From Ylistrum balloti (taxonomy: Eukaryota), in NCBI RefSeq assembly GCF_031769215.1, contig NW_026782145.1:1178001-1230804 (forward strand): a DNA stretch of 52,804 nt. Reading direction: 5' to 3'. Both the position numbers and the translations under genes were made by a program. The notes beneath the pieces were generated by a model. That model was not told the DNA's origin and searched no databases. It saw only the letters and a list, made by a program, of their open reading frames with translations. Position 1 is the stretch's first letter. Each line of letters opens with the position of its first letter. Shown one piece after another: positions 26,321 to 39,009 of the stretch.

Positions 26321-26928
26321 ATGTGTTGGTACTTTGATATCATGCACCTTTTACATTCACATCACATTCACAATGAAAATCAAGTTACCTTGATTTTTTC
26401 ACAAGATGATTTCTGTGACATGTCACAACAACAAAATTAAAGTTTATACAACTCGGCAAATAGTTTTAATCATACAAGATTTTGTGTCTAGCACTGAAGA
26501 GAAAGCTGAATATGTTGACACTCTGTGCCTAGTTTTGATAAAATAATGACATTTTTCAATCAATTCTCACAGATATCACCGACAGTTGTATAATGAACAA
26601 AAATGGTATGTGTAAAAGTTGATCTTCTTAAACTTGATTTTCTGGGTGAAGGATTGCTCAAGGTTTGCTGATGATCAGCGGGATTGACGCGCAAATTCTG
26701 TAAATGAATTGTACCATAAAACTGTAAAAAAATATCTCAACATGAATTTATATTAAAAGAATTGTAATCAGTTTATGAAAAATGCTGATTTGTTATTCCT
26801 AAAATGAAAAGAAATGAAATAGATTTTAAAGTGATTTTCAACACTAGAACGTACAATCACACATTTCTTTTATTAGCACATTTTACAAGCACTCTACATG
26901 CATCATCACATCCTTTGAATGAAATCTT

Positions 26929-29168
26929 TCAAGCATTATGACGGCTTCGGAGTGGCTTAGGTATTGATACTTCATGTCTTAGTTCTTTCTTTGTTTTTGC
27001 ATATTTAGGTTTGACAGCTAAGAAAGAGTCGTGCCCTGTCAGGTTATGTTTTCCTTTCAGCAATCTGTTGAAAAGTCTTCTGCGTCCTGCTGGTGACGCT
27101 AGTGCAGTCTCTAAACCATTCTGGTGTAGACGTTTCCAGAAAGTTGGTCTAAACTTTCCACGTTTCTTTATATTACATTGCCTCTCTGGAGGAAGAGTCA
27201 GACAGCGATGAGGAATTGACCACGGTTGCTGGACAGATGTCAGTCCTATTGAGGTTGGGTTACTGCTGACATGTGTAAAACATATTTGTATCCTACTGGT
27301 ACAGTTCAGGAGGCTCCTGAAAAGAGTAAATCAAAGTACTAAAAAAAAAGTTTGTTTTCCTTTTCATTTTTTTTGAAAGAGGGGCAGATAGGTGGCTGAT
27401 GCTATACTATCTATACTGAGGCCACTAGTTATGTATCACCCACCTATCTGATTCCATACTTGCTCCATTTATTGCACTTTTCATTTAGTTACTATATCTG
27501 CTTTCCTTCCTATTTCAGATTGGCGCTGTTTATTAGCTCTAGTCCGGAAGAAGAAATTTTCAATTTTATGGGACAACTTTTCTTTGGGTCAGTTGATGAA
27601 TCTGGGGAGCATTTGACCATATTCAAAATTATACAATTTTTTTTGTATATATATATTTTATGCATTTAACTGGCGTTTATTATTGAATTATTTTTTACTG
27701 AAACCACACATACATTTAACATATTTTTAAAATAAATTTTCATATTTTTAATCAAACAATGCCTCATTTAGAATGTGGCCAAGATGAACCAGTAGACTTC
27801 TTTCCTGGGAGTGTGACATGCAATTATTTTCGTTGCATTCACATTTACACTCAGTGTCTAGATTGCAAAACATACCGAGATATATATATATATACACAAC
27901 ATTTATAACATTTTAATCACCATCTTACATACAACAACTTGGGATGGTTTGTTTTGTCAATTATAAAGGGCCTTTGGCATCCATGGGCCAAAGGTATTAT
28001 CAAGACACCTAAATTTACACCAACATTCTCACTTTAGATTCATAACTAGTTGTTTTATGTTCTATGTATGTGATGTAATTTATATAATATTTGTGTCTTG
28101 ATAAACGGGCAGGTTGCCCTGAAAATTTGACAATTTGCTTGTTCATACTGTTGCTATTACTTCATTGATCATATATCTATTCCACTAATATGCATCCAAC
28201 TAACTTTGTTTGTTAGGATCCAGTACCAATATTGGACTAGTCCTTCTAAATTACTTACTAGATTCTATATATATATACAGATTAGCGAGACCAATCTATA
28301 AATATCATATGCCATTCCATACTTATATACCACTTTCTTCATACACAAAGTCTATGAGAGTCCTTGACACTTTGAATTTAATGTAAGTCCTAGTTTTATA
28401 ACTAAAGTATCAATTTTAAACTATTGATTGTTTTTAAAGGTGAATAATTAATTACATTATATGATTATTTGATTCTGAAGTATAATTAAAACCTGCCGCA
28501 CTAATCCCCACTTCGAAAACCACACCATTCCCAGATCTCTTGCTCCAATGTAACCTCTCATCCTCCACTCGTTTCCACTAGTATCCTGGTCTCCACTAGT
28601 TTGTGCTTGGAGTGGTCCACGACACAAATGTGCAGTGTATCAAACCTGTAATCTGTAGTTTACTAGTCTGACACTCTACTATTCAAGCTCAGTGTAAATT
28701 CCCTCTAGTACAAAGCTTGAAGGTGACTTTGTCTTTACCAGGTATGTACAATTTATAGCTGCTATATGATATGAGCAGTTATGATTTGTCTTCTTATAGT
28801 TCTTCAAAACAACTGTTAAAGGTCACTTTACATGCAATATTTGATCAGGAGTATAGGTCGATGATACCTGGTTATAGAGATCATTGAGAGTGGGAAATTC
28901 TGAAAATATCGTAATTTTGAAGCGGTAAGTTACATATCTGTTGCTGAGGTCGTTAATGGAAGGGAGATAATCGTATCGGCTACTTATATCAGAGACATAT
29001 ATAACACATGTGATATCATATTTTGGTAATGATAAGAGGACTGGCGGTGTTGGACAGCTATGTTGTGTTGATTTTAACTCCATGCTGTTTAATGAATAAC
29101 CAAAAATAAGCTTATTACGACTTCATTAACAATAATTGATACCTTAGGCCACTTATCATAAATGACAT
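26929..29168 (-). CDS. MRPL34: Mitochondrial ribosomal protein L34 (bL34m), 137 aa, 2 exons; not in the ORF track
   Basis: complement(join(26929..27316,29143..29168)). Exon 1 ATG TCA TTT ATG ATA AGT GGC CTA AG|gtatca (phase 2) joins acceptor tttactcttttcag|G, then 128 open codons. Arg/Ser/Leu-rich, acid-free N-terminus MSFMISGLRSLLNCTSR; bL34-like core RGKFRPTFWKRLHQNGLETALASPAGRRRLFNRLLKGKHNLT. Minus-strand AATAAA at 26869-26874. Confidence 0.8.
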
Positions 29169-29262
29169 CGCTTCGCTTCTTTAGATGCAGCACACAGCAC
29201 ACGGCTTCCGGCGGAACTGGACGTCTATATTATTCCGCACCATCGAAGATAACCTTAAAAGT
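29169..29262. promoter_or_regulatory. Candidate bidirectional promoter MRPL34(-)/ABHD8(+)
   Basis: Inverted ETS/GABP-like pair TTCCG-G-CGGAA at 29206-29216. The plus-strand donor AAA|GTATGA at 29261 lies 92 bp from the MRPL34 ATG. Confidence 0.55.
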
Positions 29263-31198
29263 ATGAGATGTTAAACCATGCAGATTATAAGGTGTATCTA
29301 TATGTGTAGTAAAGTGATTATGGTAAACTATAAACGAAGAAGTAGTTACAAGAGTTAAATATCACTTTAGGTGATATATTGTAGAGTACTACATTGCGTA
29401 AACGGCACTATTTCCTTTGATGAGAGTTATTTGGCATACTTCCATGGAAAATATAAACAAGTAAGCATAACATAGTTTAAGCTCAAGATAAGTGCTCTTA
29501 TACTACAAGAAATTACAATCAGGATTATTACGACCATGAAAATATTCTCTATGTAGTCTTATTTTATGTCTTTAATGCATATGTCTTACGTTAGTCCGCA
29601 ATCATAATGCAGGATACCGTCGACCTGTCTTTCCCTAGCTTGAGGTTTGAATAGAGAAATCTCTACCCGATGAGATTCAGGACTATCTTGCCAGAAGGTT
29701 AGATTGTCGGGAATCTCCTCCATAGATGTCTTATATCCTGCCCTCAGAGTTGGGTATGCTAATTTTTCTACGCCTTATCTCAAACATGCTATAATAGAAT
29801 AACGACACAATTATCAGACTGGCACAACTACTCGTATGGGTACTGTACACATAATCCTGCATTGTCACATTGGCTAATGTTAAAAAACATGAACAAACTC
29901 TTTATTTGTGTGTTTCTATATCAGAATGACTGCATTTTAGTAACTAACTGATTACTCATAGCAATAACTATAGTGAATCCCTCAATTGCATGACTATTAC
30001 CCATGTGAGGGGTTGTGCCAAACCTGAATATATGCTGACAAATATAGAAACTAAACCAGGCAAATAATGGCTAATATTTTTATTTTTAACAATTTGTAAT
30101 CAACATTATATGCATTTTGTATAGATAAATGTAATGATAATTAATTGCCACAATATGCATTTAAGATTGATTTGTATAAACAAAAATGATCAGATACTGT
30201 CTCACAATAATGTTAAACTTATCTTAATCTGTCAACACCAATCAGTCATGTCTCTCACATCTCAAATAAACAACTTCCGGTTTGGCATGTGTTTATGTAC
30301 TGTGAATTCTGGCTGTCTTACACTGACAAGATTTTTTCATGTGTCTGGGGTGTAGGATATGGATATTCCACCTAAGAGGTCACAAAATGTCCTAAAACTT
30401 GAGGATTTTCCAATGGTTTTACCATATTTTGTAACTTAGAGGGTGAATAATCACTTCCTGCACCCAAAATATGAAAGATTATTGTTTTCTCACTTCCAAT
30501 TCTAAGATATTGAAAAATTATTAGCATCTGACATTGACAGTGTACTACCAAGAATGCCATATTGCACAAAAATCTGATTTTGTTTTATTATGTAATTTAT
30601 CTGCAAGTTTACATAAATGTATTCTCTGTACCTAGATTTGGCAAAGTTTGTCCAGGAAAATTAAATAAAAATACAGACAGTCACTGCAAATAACTATTTG
30701 TACACATGTGTATATATCATGCGATGAAGTAAACTGGGAAGGGGAATATCACATTTCTATGCGTGTGTGCATGCCTGTATTGCATGGGTGGATGTGTATT
30801 ACACAGCTGGTAGAAATGAGAGAAAGAGATATCTTACTCTCATTGGAAGCATGGATATTTCTGTCTGACTGGGTAGAAATTATGAGATTTGGGAAATATT
30901 CTTGTGATCAAGGTAAAAACATTCCATTTTCAATTTGAAAATTCAACTGTTTATGATATAATAAACCATGCCAGTTTTGCATCATATGGTGAGTATGACT
31001 TTTATATGAGTTGGCCGTATTAATTTAGTATGTGTTGTCCACTTGTGAGGATGGCTTTGCTTGGGGATGGGTTTAAATAGCAGTATTTAGTACTTAGTAT
31101 TACAGTAAATGTGACATGGTACATAATTTTTTTTTAATATTTTGATAGGTGTTGGATGATGGTAAAATGTCTTGTCAGCTGTAACAGGGACTGACTGT

Positions 31199-34100
31199 AT
31201 GACTTGCTGCAATGCTAGCCACAATGTTCGTATTTCACCAGCACCTGACACAAATCCTGATATTATTGAGATACGGAAAGGCCGTTACCTGAGGATTCAG
31301 CATTTCAATAAACGAAAGAGAGATGGGAGATTTGAGAAAGAAATGCAGATGTTCATGGAGTATAAACGCACAGGGATGCTCCCAAATATTGCCACACATA
31401 TGAGTATACGAAGGACTAATAGCAAAAGAACATCTGCCCATTCCACTCCTGACAAAGGCACTAATATTGATCAGGTGTCCCATTCAAACATTCCCAACGA
31501 AGTACCAGCTGATGCAATTAATAGTCTTCCTAATGGTAGCACAAACAATGAACGACCATTGACAGAAAAGAGCATAACCAGTGGATATTCTGTACAGACT
31601 CCTAATAGAGGTCTTTCACGAACATCTCATGCAGAGACTCAGAGTGTCATGTCCTCATCAAATGTAACTATATCAATGGACCAGCAGGTTAAACGTATAG
31701 ATTTAGGACATATTGGTAAGACAAATGGACCTACGATTGATGAAGGCGGAGAGTCTGACATGTCACATAGTAAACAAAGTCTCGCTGATAAATCACCATT
31801 ACACACACAAGCAGCAAGTAAATTCAGTGGAAAAGAGATACAGAACAATGGTATAGACACAGGCATGGTGCTGTTTTTCATTCATGGTGTTGGTGGATCA
31901 TCTGATGTCTGGAAGTCACAGATAGAGTACTTTGCTGAGATTGGTTACGAGATTGTATGTCCAGACATGATTGGTCATGGATTGAGTTGTGCTCCAGACA
32001 GAAAACAAGCCTACCATTTTGATGAGATTCTTGCAGACATTGACGAAATCTTTGACAAATATTGCAAAAGAAAGAATGTCATTGTGGGTCACTCCTACGG
32101 GTAATATTTTGTTATTTTTATTAACCTGTTACTATTCTGTGTGGGAGGTTAGTTCCACATCAATGCAGTAGAAATTGTCTATAACTTAGCACTCTGTTTA
32201 CAACCCTTATAGGACCTTATCCAGTGCATACATGTATCTCATCACATATTTTTCTGTATGATATCAAATTTCTAAGACTTGGTACTACTTGTCTTTAAAT
32301 AAAAATGTCTGAATCTAAGGCATCACCCATATTTTGGAATCAGATTGCAAATTGAAAATAAATCTGGTTTTATTTTGTTTTCGAGTATGCATGCTATAAA
32401 ATTGTATCTATAATTTTAACATTATTCAGCAAACTTATGTTGTGAAATATTTTCTCATGAAAGTTTACCCAAAATAAAAGAAATGACAGGTGATTTACCT
32501 ATTCATTGTGTGTATGTGATCATTCTAGACTAATGGTTGATATTACAGATGTGCATTTGCGACAGTGTTGGCCCGACAGCGTTCCAGTCGTATCCACAAA
32601 CTGATACTAGTGAGTGGAGGAGGGCCAAATCCTCTTGCGCCTCAGCCCGGTGTCTTCTCCTTACCACTGTGTATGCTGTCCTGTATTAAACCTTGTCTTT
32701 CTTGTTGCTTTCAACGGTAATACATTTTCATAGTTCACAGAAAAAGACGATTACTATATTTCTTTTCAATAAGCCCATCATTATACATAGATGAAAATAC
32801 TAATTCATTGTCCTTTATTAAACCTACTTCTGGAGTTAAAAAAGTAATTTGTTGGTCCCCTGCTCTTATTTCAGGATTAATATGGTGACCTATCTATAGT
32901 GATTGTTGTTTTTTGGTTGTTGTGTGTCAACTTTTTCTTGTGAACACAATAACTTTAGTAAATATGAACTGATTTTGGTGAAACTTGATATGCAGCATTA
33001 TATCAATTAGACTTCACTTTCGAGTTTGGCAATGAGACTGATTAGATTGTAATTTTTTTGATTTATGGCCCTTGAAAATGTGCTTACTATTGAACTTTAT
33101 GAAAGCAATCACTTTAAAAAATATGGTATACAACCTTATATCAATAAGATCTCAAATGAGTTTAACATCTGGATTGGTTTGATCACAATTTATAGAGTTA
33201 ATGCCCTTTGAAGTTTTATTACTATGTACCTTGTGAACACAATAACTTGGGTAAATATGAACGGATTGTGATGAAACTGGGTGCACAGCCTTATATTAAT
33301 AAGATCTCAAATTACTGGACAGTGGGATTGATTCAATCACGACTTACTAAGTTATGGCCCATTACAGTTTTATTACTACATATCTTGTGAACTTAAACTT
33401 GAGTAAATATGAACAGATTTTGATGAAACTTGTCATGCAGCCACATATTGGTAAGATCTCAGATGAGTGTGATAATGGGATCGATTTGATCATAATTTAA
33501 AGAGTTATGACCCTTTGCAGGTTAATTACTATTGAACCTTGTAAACATGATAATTTAAACTGATTTTAAAAAATATTGTATGAGCCTTATATCAATAAGA
33601 TCTTGGATGAGTTTTCTGTTGAGATTAGTCAGATAACTTTTTGGCTTATGAGTCTCTACTTATAGTAGTTCATATTTTAGGTTATTAATCCCTGTTATAA
33701 GTCATAAGATGCCTCATAGGTTGATAATCTAAACCTCAGCCATCTAGGTTGGCAAAGCAGATACATAATCATGTATTATAGTTATGTCAATTTGAAAATC
33801 ACATTTGCCTCATATTATATAACAATAGTTGAACAGCTTTCAGAAAAACTAATTTCTTTTTTAGGAGAGCTTTTAAGTCGGGATCTGAACTACCAGTATC
33901 AAAGGAAACCACATTTGCCATTCCAACATATGTACTTAGTTACATCATGAATGGTCAGTTCTGGCCAGATGGCGATGACATGTATCACAGCTGGATAGCA
34001 GTCAGCACTCTTCTGATTTACGGGCGTCATGACATATTTGTCAGTTTGCAGGAAGAGGAAGAAATGAACAAGGTATGATTCTCTACCATGACAAAGACCA

Positions 34101-35061
34101 AGATTGAGCAATTTTTGTAACATCCTCTCTGTTATCAGGATGTGATTTGTGTATTTCTGCAGTCATTGACACCCTGAAACTTTGATGTTATTTCATAGTA
34201 GGCTCACCTAGTTGAAGAATAGATATTCTTACTTCAAGATTTATGATAAAATGTGATAATTTCTGTAATGCAGACAAAGCCTGAGGAGATCATTTTCACT
34301 TCATTCTTTTTCACCTGTCATTGACAGTCAGCAACAAACCTAAATAACAGGTTTTTGCTGATATACTTGTATTTAAGGTTACATTCTGGTTTAAGTTGGA
34401 TGGTATTGTTCTACTTGTGTTTAACATTGATGTTATTGAGGTAGATTGTAAAAAAAAAATTTCACCTGACGTGTTTCAACTTGTGCTAAACTCTCTATGT
34501 TTATCTTCGTGACTGTCAAAGCAGGATTGCAAATACATGTTTCATGAACATTTTCTTGGTATTGTTATGTAAGAAACACATGTTCATGACCTTAGAGTAA
34601 GGGAAGAAACTTTGATTGATAAAAATGTCTTGCATGATGATCCACAAGAAAGAGCATTTATAATTCTGATTCCATAGGAACGTAATCAATTCAAAGTCAG
34701 TTGACACATAACTGTTCAATCTTAAGTGAAGTGCATGAATGAAAATCTTTTGCTTTAGGTTATCTATGGATCCAAGTTGGAAGTAGTAGAGCGGGCAGGG
34801 CACATGGTGATGATAGAAACCCCTGACGTGTTCAATCAGATTGTTCATTCTTTTATTGATGAAAACTGGGCCCCACTAAGCTCTAGTCAACAGGCTCCTA
34901 ACACAGAAATGGACGAGGGGTCCAGTTCCTTGCCAGAGAGGAGTCAAACTCCTTACACTGATCGTTTACCCAGCAGGGCTAGCCATCTGTCCATCAGATC
35001 AGCTAAGTCCACCAAATCCACCAAGTCCATGCCCAGAGGAATGCTGTCTGTGAGAAGCTAG
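31199..35061 (+). CDS. ABHD8: Alpha/beta hydrolase domain-containing protein 8, ~526 aa from the first in-frame ATG, 4 coding exons
   Basis: join(31199..32100,32549..32716,33865..34072,34759..35061), GT-AG and in frame. Motifs IEIRKGRYLRIQH, VLFFIHGVGGSSDVW, PDMIGHGLS, GHSYG, SGGGP, GQFWPDGD, YGRHD and AGHMVMIE match ABHD8 as recalled. The start codon is uncertain (see findings). Confidence 0.95.
32845..33640 (+). mobile_element. HINE/Helentron-like element carrying ~5 internal core repeats of ~150 bp, in ABHD8 intron
   Basis: 5' GGTCCCC..GGTGACCTAT. CTTGTGAAC-type units at ~32937, 33096, 33230, 33384 and 33538, each with GAAACTTG..AAGATCTC..AGTTATGGCCC motifs. Confidence 0.65.
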
Positions 35062-35652
35062 CTGGAATCAGTACATGCCATGAGGAATGCTGTCTGTGAG
35101 AAGCTAGCTGGAATCAGTACATGCCATGAGGAATGCTGTCTGTGAGAAGCTAGCTGGAATCAGATCAAGCCATGAGGAATGCTGTCTGTGAGAAGCTAGC
35201 TGGAATCAGTATATGCCATGAGGAATGCTGTCTGTGCAAAGCTAGCTGGAATCAGTACAAGCCATGAGGAATGCTGTCTGTGAGAAGCTAGCTGGAATCA
35301 GTATATGCCATGAGGAATGCTGTCTGTGCAAAGCTAGCTGGAATCAGTACAAGCCATGAGGAATGCTGTCTGTGCAAAGCTAGCTGGAATCAGTATATGC
35401 CATGAGGAATGCTGTCTGTGCAAAGCTAGAGGAAAATCAAGCCATGAGGTATATTTTTATTCAGTATATGCCATGAGGAATGTGTGCAAACATGTACAAG
35501 CCATGAGGAATGCTGTTGTGAGAAGCTAGCAATATATATGCCATGAGGAATGCTTTTGTTTGGAATCAGTACAAGCCATGAGGAATGCTGTCTGTGAGAA
35601 GCTAGCTGGGATCAGTACAAGCCATGAGGAATGCTGTCTGTGAGAAGCTAGT
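35026..35652 (+). repeat. 46-bp minisatellite, ~15 units, whose first unit contains the last codons and stop of ABHD8
   Basis: Unit GCCATGAGGAATGCTGTCTGTGAGAAGCTAGCTGGAATCAGTACAT. ATGCTGTCTG recurs every 46 bp from 35041 to 35409, then in truncated or diverged units. Confidence 0.95.
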
Positions 35653-36129
35653 CAGCATCATTGCTCTGAGTAACACAACATAACTTACAGGTTATGTTTG
35701 ATATCAGTCTCACATACATATATATTATGTGTTATACTTCCACAGCAATTTCCCTCACATACAAGTTGTCTTCTTGATGTTGTAGAAAAGAAAAACTAGA
35801 CATCAGTATATTTTTATTCAGTTGGAATGTGTCAACATGTTGATTTTGTATCGACCAATATATTGATAGCCTTTTGTTTGACCATGTGATTTTTAGACTG
35901 TGATAATTTCTCGACAGTTTTCTGTCACCATTGTTATATTTTATATACAGAAATTATATTTGATATTTATTAGTGTCATTGTGATCTGTGCTAATGATTT
36001 GTACATGAATCTCTGAAACATTAGAGATCTGGACTTTGATTTACTTTACTGAATTTTTAGCCAAGATAATGAATGCTGGTACCTGAACATATCATTAAGA
36101 TAAAATCACATAGAAGAATGAATTATTTA

Positions 36130-36500
36130 AATCCTAGTACAGGTATTTAGAAATACTCAGAGTAGGTGCAGCAGGAAGTGGTCAAATCCCAGTATGTGTA
36201 TGTAGATATACTCAGAGTAGGTATAACAGGAAGTGATCAAATCCCAGTATGTGTACGTAGATATACTCGGAGTAGGTATAACAGGAAGTGGTCAAATCCA
36301 AGTATGTGTATGTAGATATACTTCAAGAAGGTATAACAGGAAGTGGTCAAATTCCAGTACATGTATGTAGATATTTCCTGAGGAGGTATGACAGAAAGTA
36401 GAGAAATCCCAGTACATGGATTTAGATATTCTCAGAGGAGGTACAAGAGAAAGTGGTGAAGCTCCAGTACAGGTACTTAGGTATACTTGGAGCTGGTACA
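36130..36500. repeat. 55-bp minisatellite, ~7 copies
   Basis: Unit CAGTATGTGTATGTAGATATACTCAGAGTAGGTATAACAGGAAGTGGTCAAATCC. AGTA anchors at 36136, 36191, 36246, 36301, 36356, 36411 and 36466. Confidence 0.9.
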
Positions 36501-39009
36501 CCAGGTAATGTGTAAGTAGTGAAATCCCTCTGTGTTATTTTATATCTTCTACCTTTTCTTTCTGGCTGCTCTGATAATAGGTACACATATCCTTGGATAG
36601 TGATCACTTCATTAATAGAGTCAACAATTTTTTTATGGATATTTAGTCCAGTGATTTTCTTGAATATTCCTGCGGGGTTGTCTTTATTAATACCCATATA
36701 TAATTTTGACGAAAATTTAAAAAAAAATTGTGTTCTGTATTAAATATCCATTCTCATATGTTATGTGCATAAAATGAAATACAATACACAGAACAGGTTT
36801 GATTATGTCATCTTAATTATAGCCATAGATTTTTGATAAAACTGATTGTTCATTTATGTCATCACAGAATAGACTTTATGGTAATGACAAAAGCATTATT
36901 TACAGAATAATCACATCAATTAATGTTTATAATGGTATCAAAATTTTCACAGAGAAAATTTACATCAGTTTGGTACATTTAATTTTTCAAATATGTTGCA
37001 AAATAATCTAAAATTTAATTTAGAGATATGCATTTTAAATATGCTGTTTTGTTAGCGTATTGAGTTCAGCATTAAGAAATAACGAATATAAACCTTCTTT
37101 ATGATCTTTCAATAAAATAACTATGACATAGATTTAAGTTTTCTATGTAGATGGTATGTTTTTTAGTCCACGACACTGAAATCACTTTAGCTTTACCCTT
37201 CACTGTTTTGGTTGTTTGATCATCTTTTTACCATTGGTGTTTATTGCAGGGTTGTGATCAATATTTGTGTCTCTATGAGTCCCTGTGTTATCGTACAGGG
37301 AAAATTTAGACAGATGAAAAAGATATACATGTGTGTATGTGCTTGAAGGTTTGTTATTTATTTGCAGTATTTACTTTAAACAAATAATTTAATATTTAAA
37401 TTAAATGAGTATTTTAAATTTTCAGACACATTAAAAAATTCATACTTTCACCAATTATAAATCAATTTAAAAGTATTCTGCAATGGGTGTTTTTTGTCTT
37501 GATGTTTCAACTTAATTATGTAAATATTTTAAACAGAATTCATGAAACAGACAATATTGATTCTGTTTTAATAATTTTTCTTTTTAAAATTTTATAAATG
37601 CCTCAATATTTGGGAAAGTTAGAATCCCCAAGAATTACAGTGATCTCATTTTATTTAAACCTGTCTTGTGCAGGCTATTTCATCTATGCATCTATTTCTT
37701 ACAGAAATGGTTAGAGAGATACATGTGGAATTGGCTGGAAGTGATACAAATATTGATTTTTGCAACAATGTTTCTTAATGTCCTAATAGGATTTTGTAAA
37801 GCTCATGGAGCAATTTTTTTTCTTGATTATATTTTTATGATGTTGTGAATATATGAATGTTTTTAAATTCAGTTTTGTATGAAGGAATATATATATATAT
37901 ATATATACTTTTTTTTAATTTACATTATGTACTTTTAATATCTTATTTTGCATCTACATATGTAATTGTTTAAACGACATTCACTTATATGTGAACCTTT
38001 TATTGTGGAAGATAGGAGGTGTGGAGGCCTAACATCCCAATGCACTGTCATCACTTTATACAAAGTTCAAATACAACAAATACCTTGGATGAGTTGGTGA
38101 TTGTGACAGGATTCCAAAGTCATGACAACGAGTGCTGTTACATAGAGACCTGTCAAAAATCATTATACTAATTTGCAGGGAAAGGGCATTCATATCTTAC
38201 AAACTGATTTTAGTTTTTGAAAGAAAAATAAAAACTGATGTGTAGAAGTCAACAAGGAATTAATGTCAGAAATTGAATTAGTAAATTATAAATTCTGGTG
38301 TAATTTGATAGATAAACAACTACTACAGTGTATAAATTATGAAGTGACAATCATATACATATGTGTTGTTACAAATTGCTAAGCAACAGCAGTTTACAGA
38401 AATATTGAAATATAGGTCTCTTAGCACCTTGACTGGAACAAATACATGTGACAAGGTAGGAACATTAATCTTTCTACATTAGTGTTAATTGATAGGTTTC
38501 CCAACATTCTAACTGGAACAAGTACATGACACAGGGTCATTTTAGAAAATCGTACAGCATTTTATATCTCAAGAGGTGTAATTCAGACCAATGGAATATA
38601 AGATCATACAGTGATAATTTGTTTTATAACCTTATGTAATAACACTGAAGTTTAAATAATATACATGATGGTGGGACATTGAAGATGACAGATGATGAGG
38701 TGATGACTTTGATGTCATCATTTTTATTGTTTTTACATGTTTTGTTGAGAGAAAATTCATTTTCTATATTTCATAAGAAATGTAGATTATGTGAAATTCT
38801 TTGTTTACTTGCCTGTCCAATGTTTATATTATTGACGAAATCAAAATACAATGCACCTATGCATATGTTAGATAAGAAATGAACAATGGTGTTAGTCTGT
38901 GAAGTTTGTGCAACAAGGTAGTAACCAATATCAATTGTAATCTTTTGATTTTTCTTTCACATAGTCAAATTTTCACTGCTATTTATTCTTACTTCACATA
39001 CTTGTAATT

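Noticed and set aside
28480-28700. GC-richer segment in the MRPL34 intron bounded by AG/GT on the minus strand
   Set aside because: All three frames contain stops and the donor is weak; no support for an exon.
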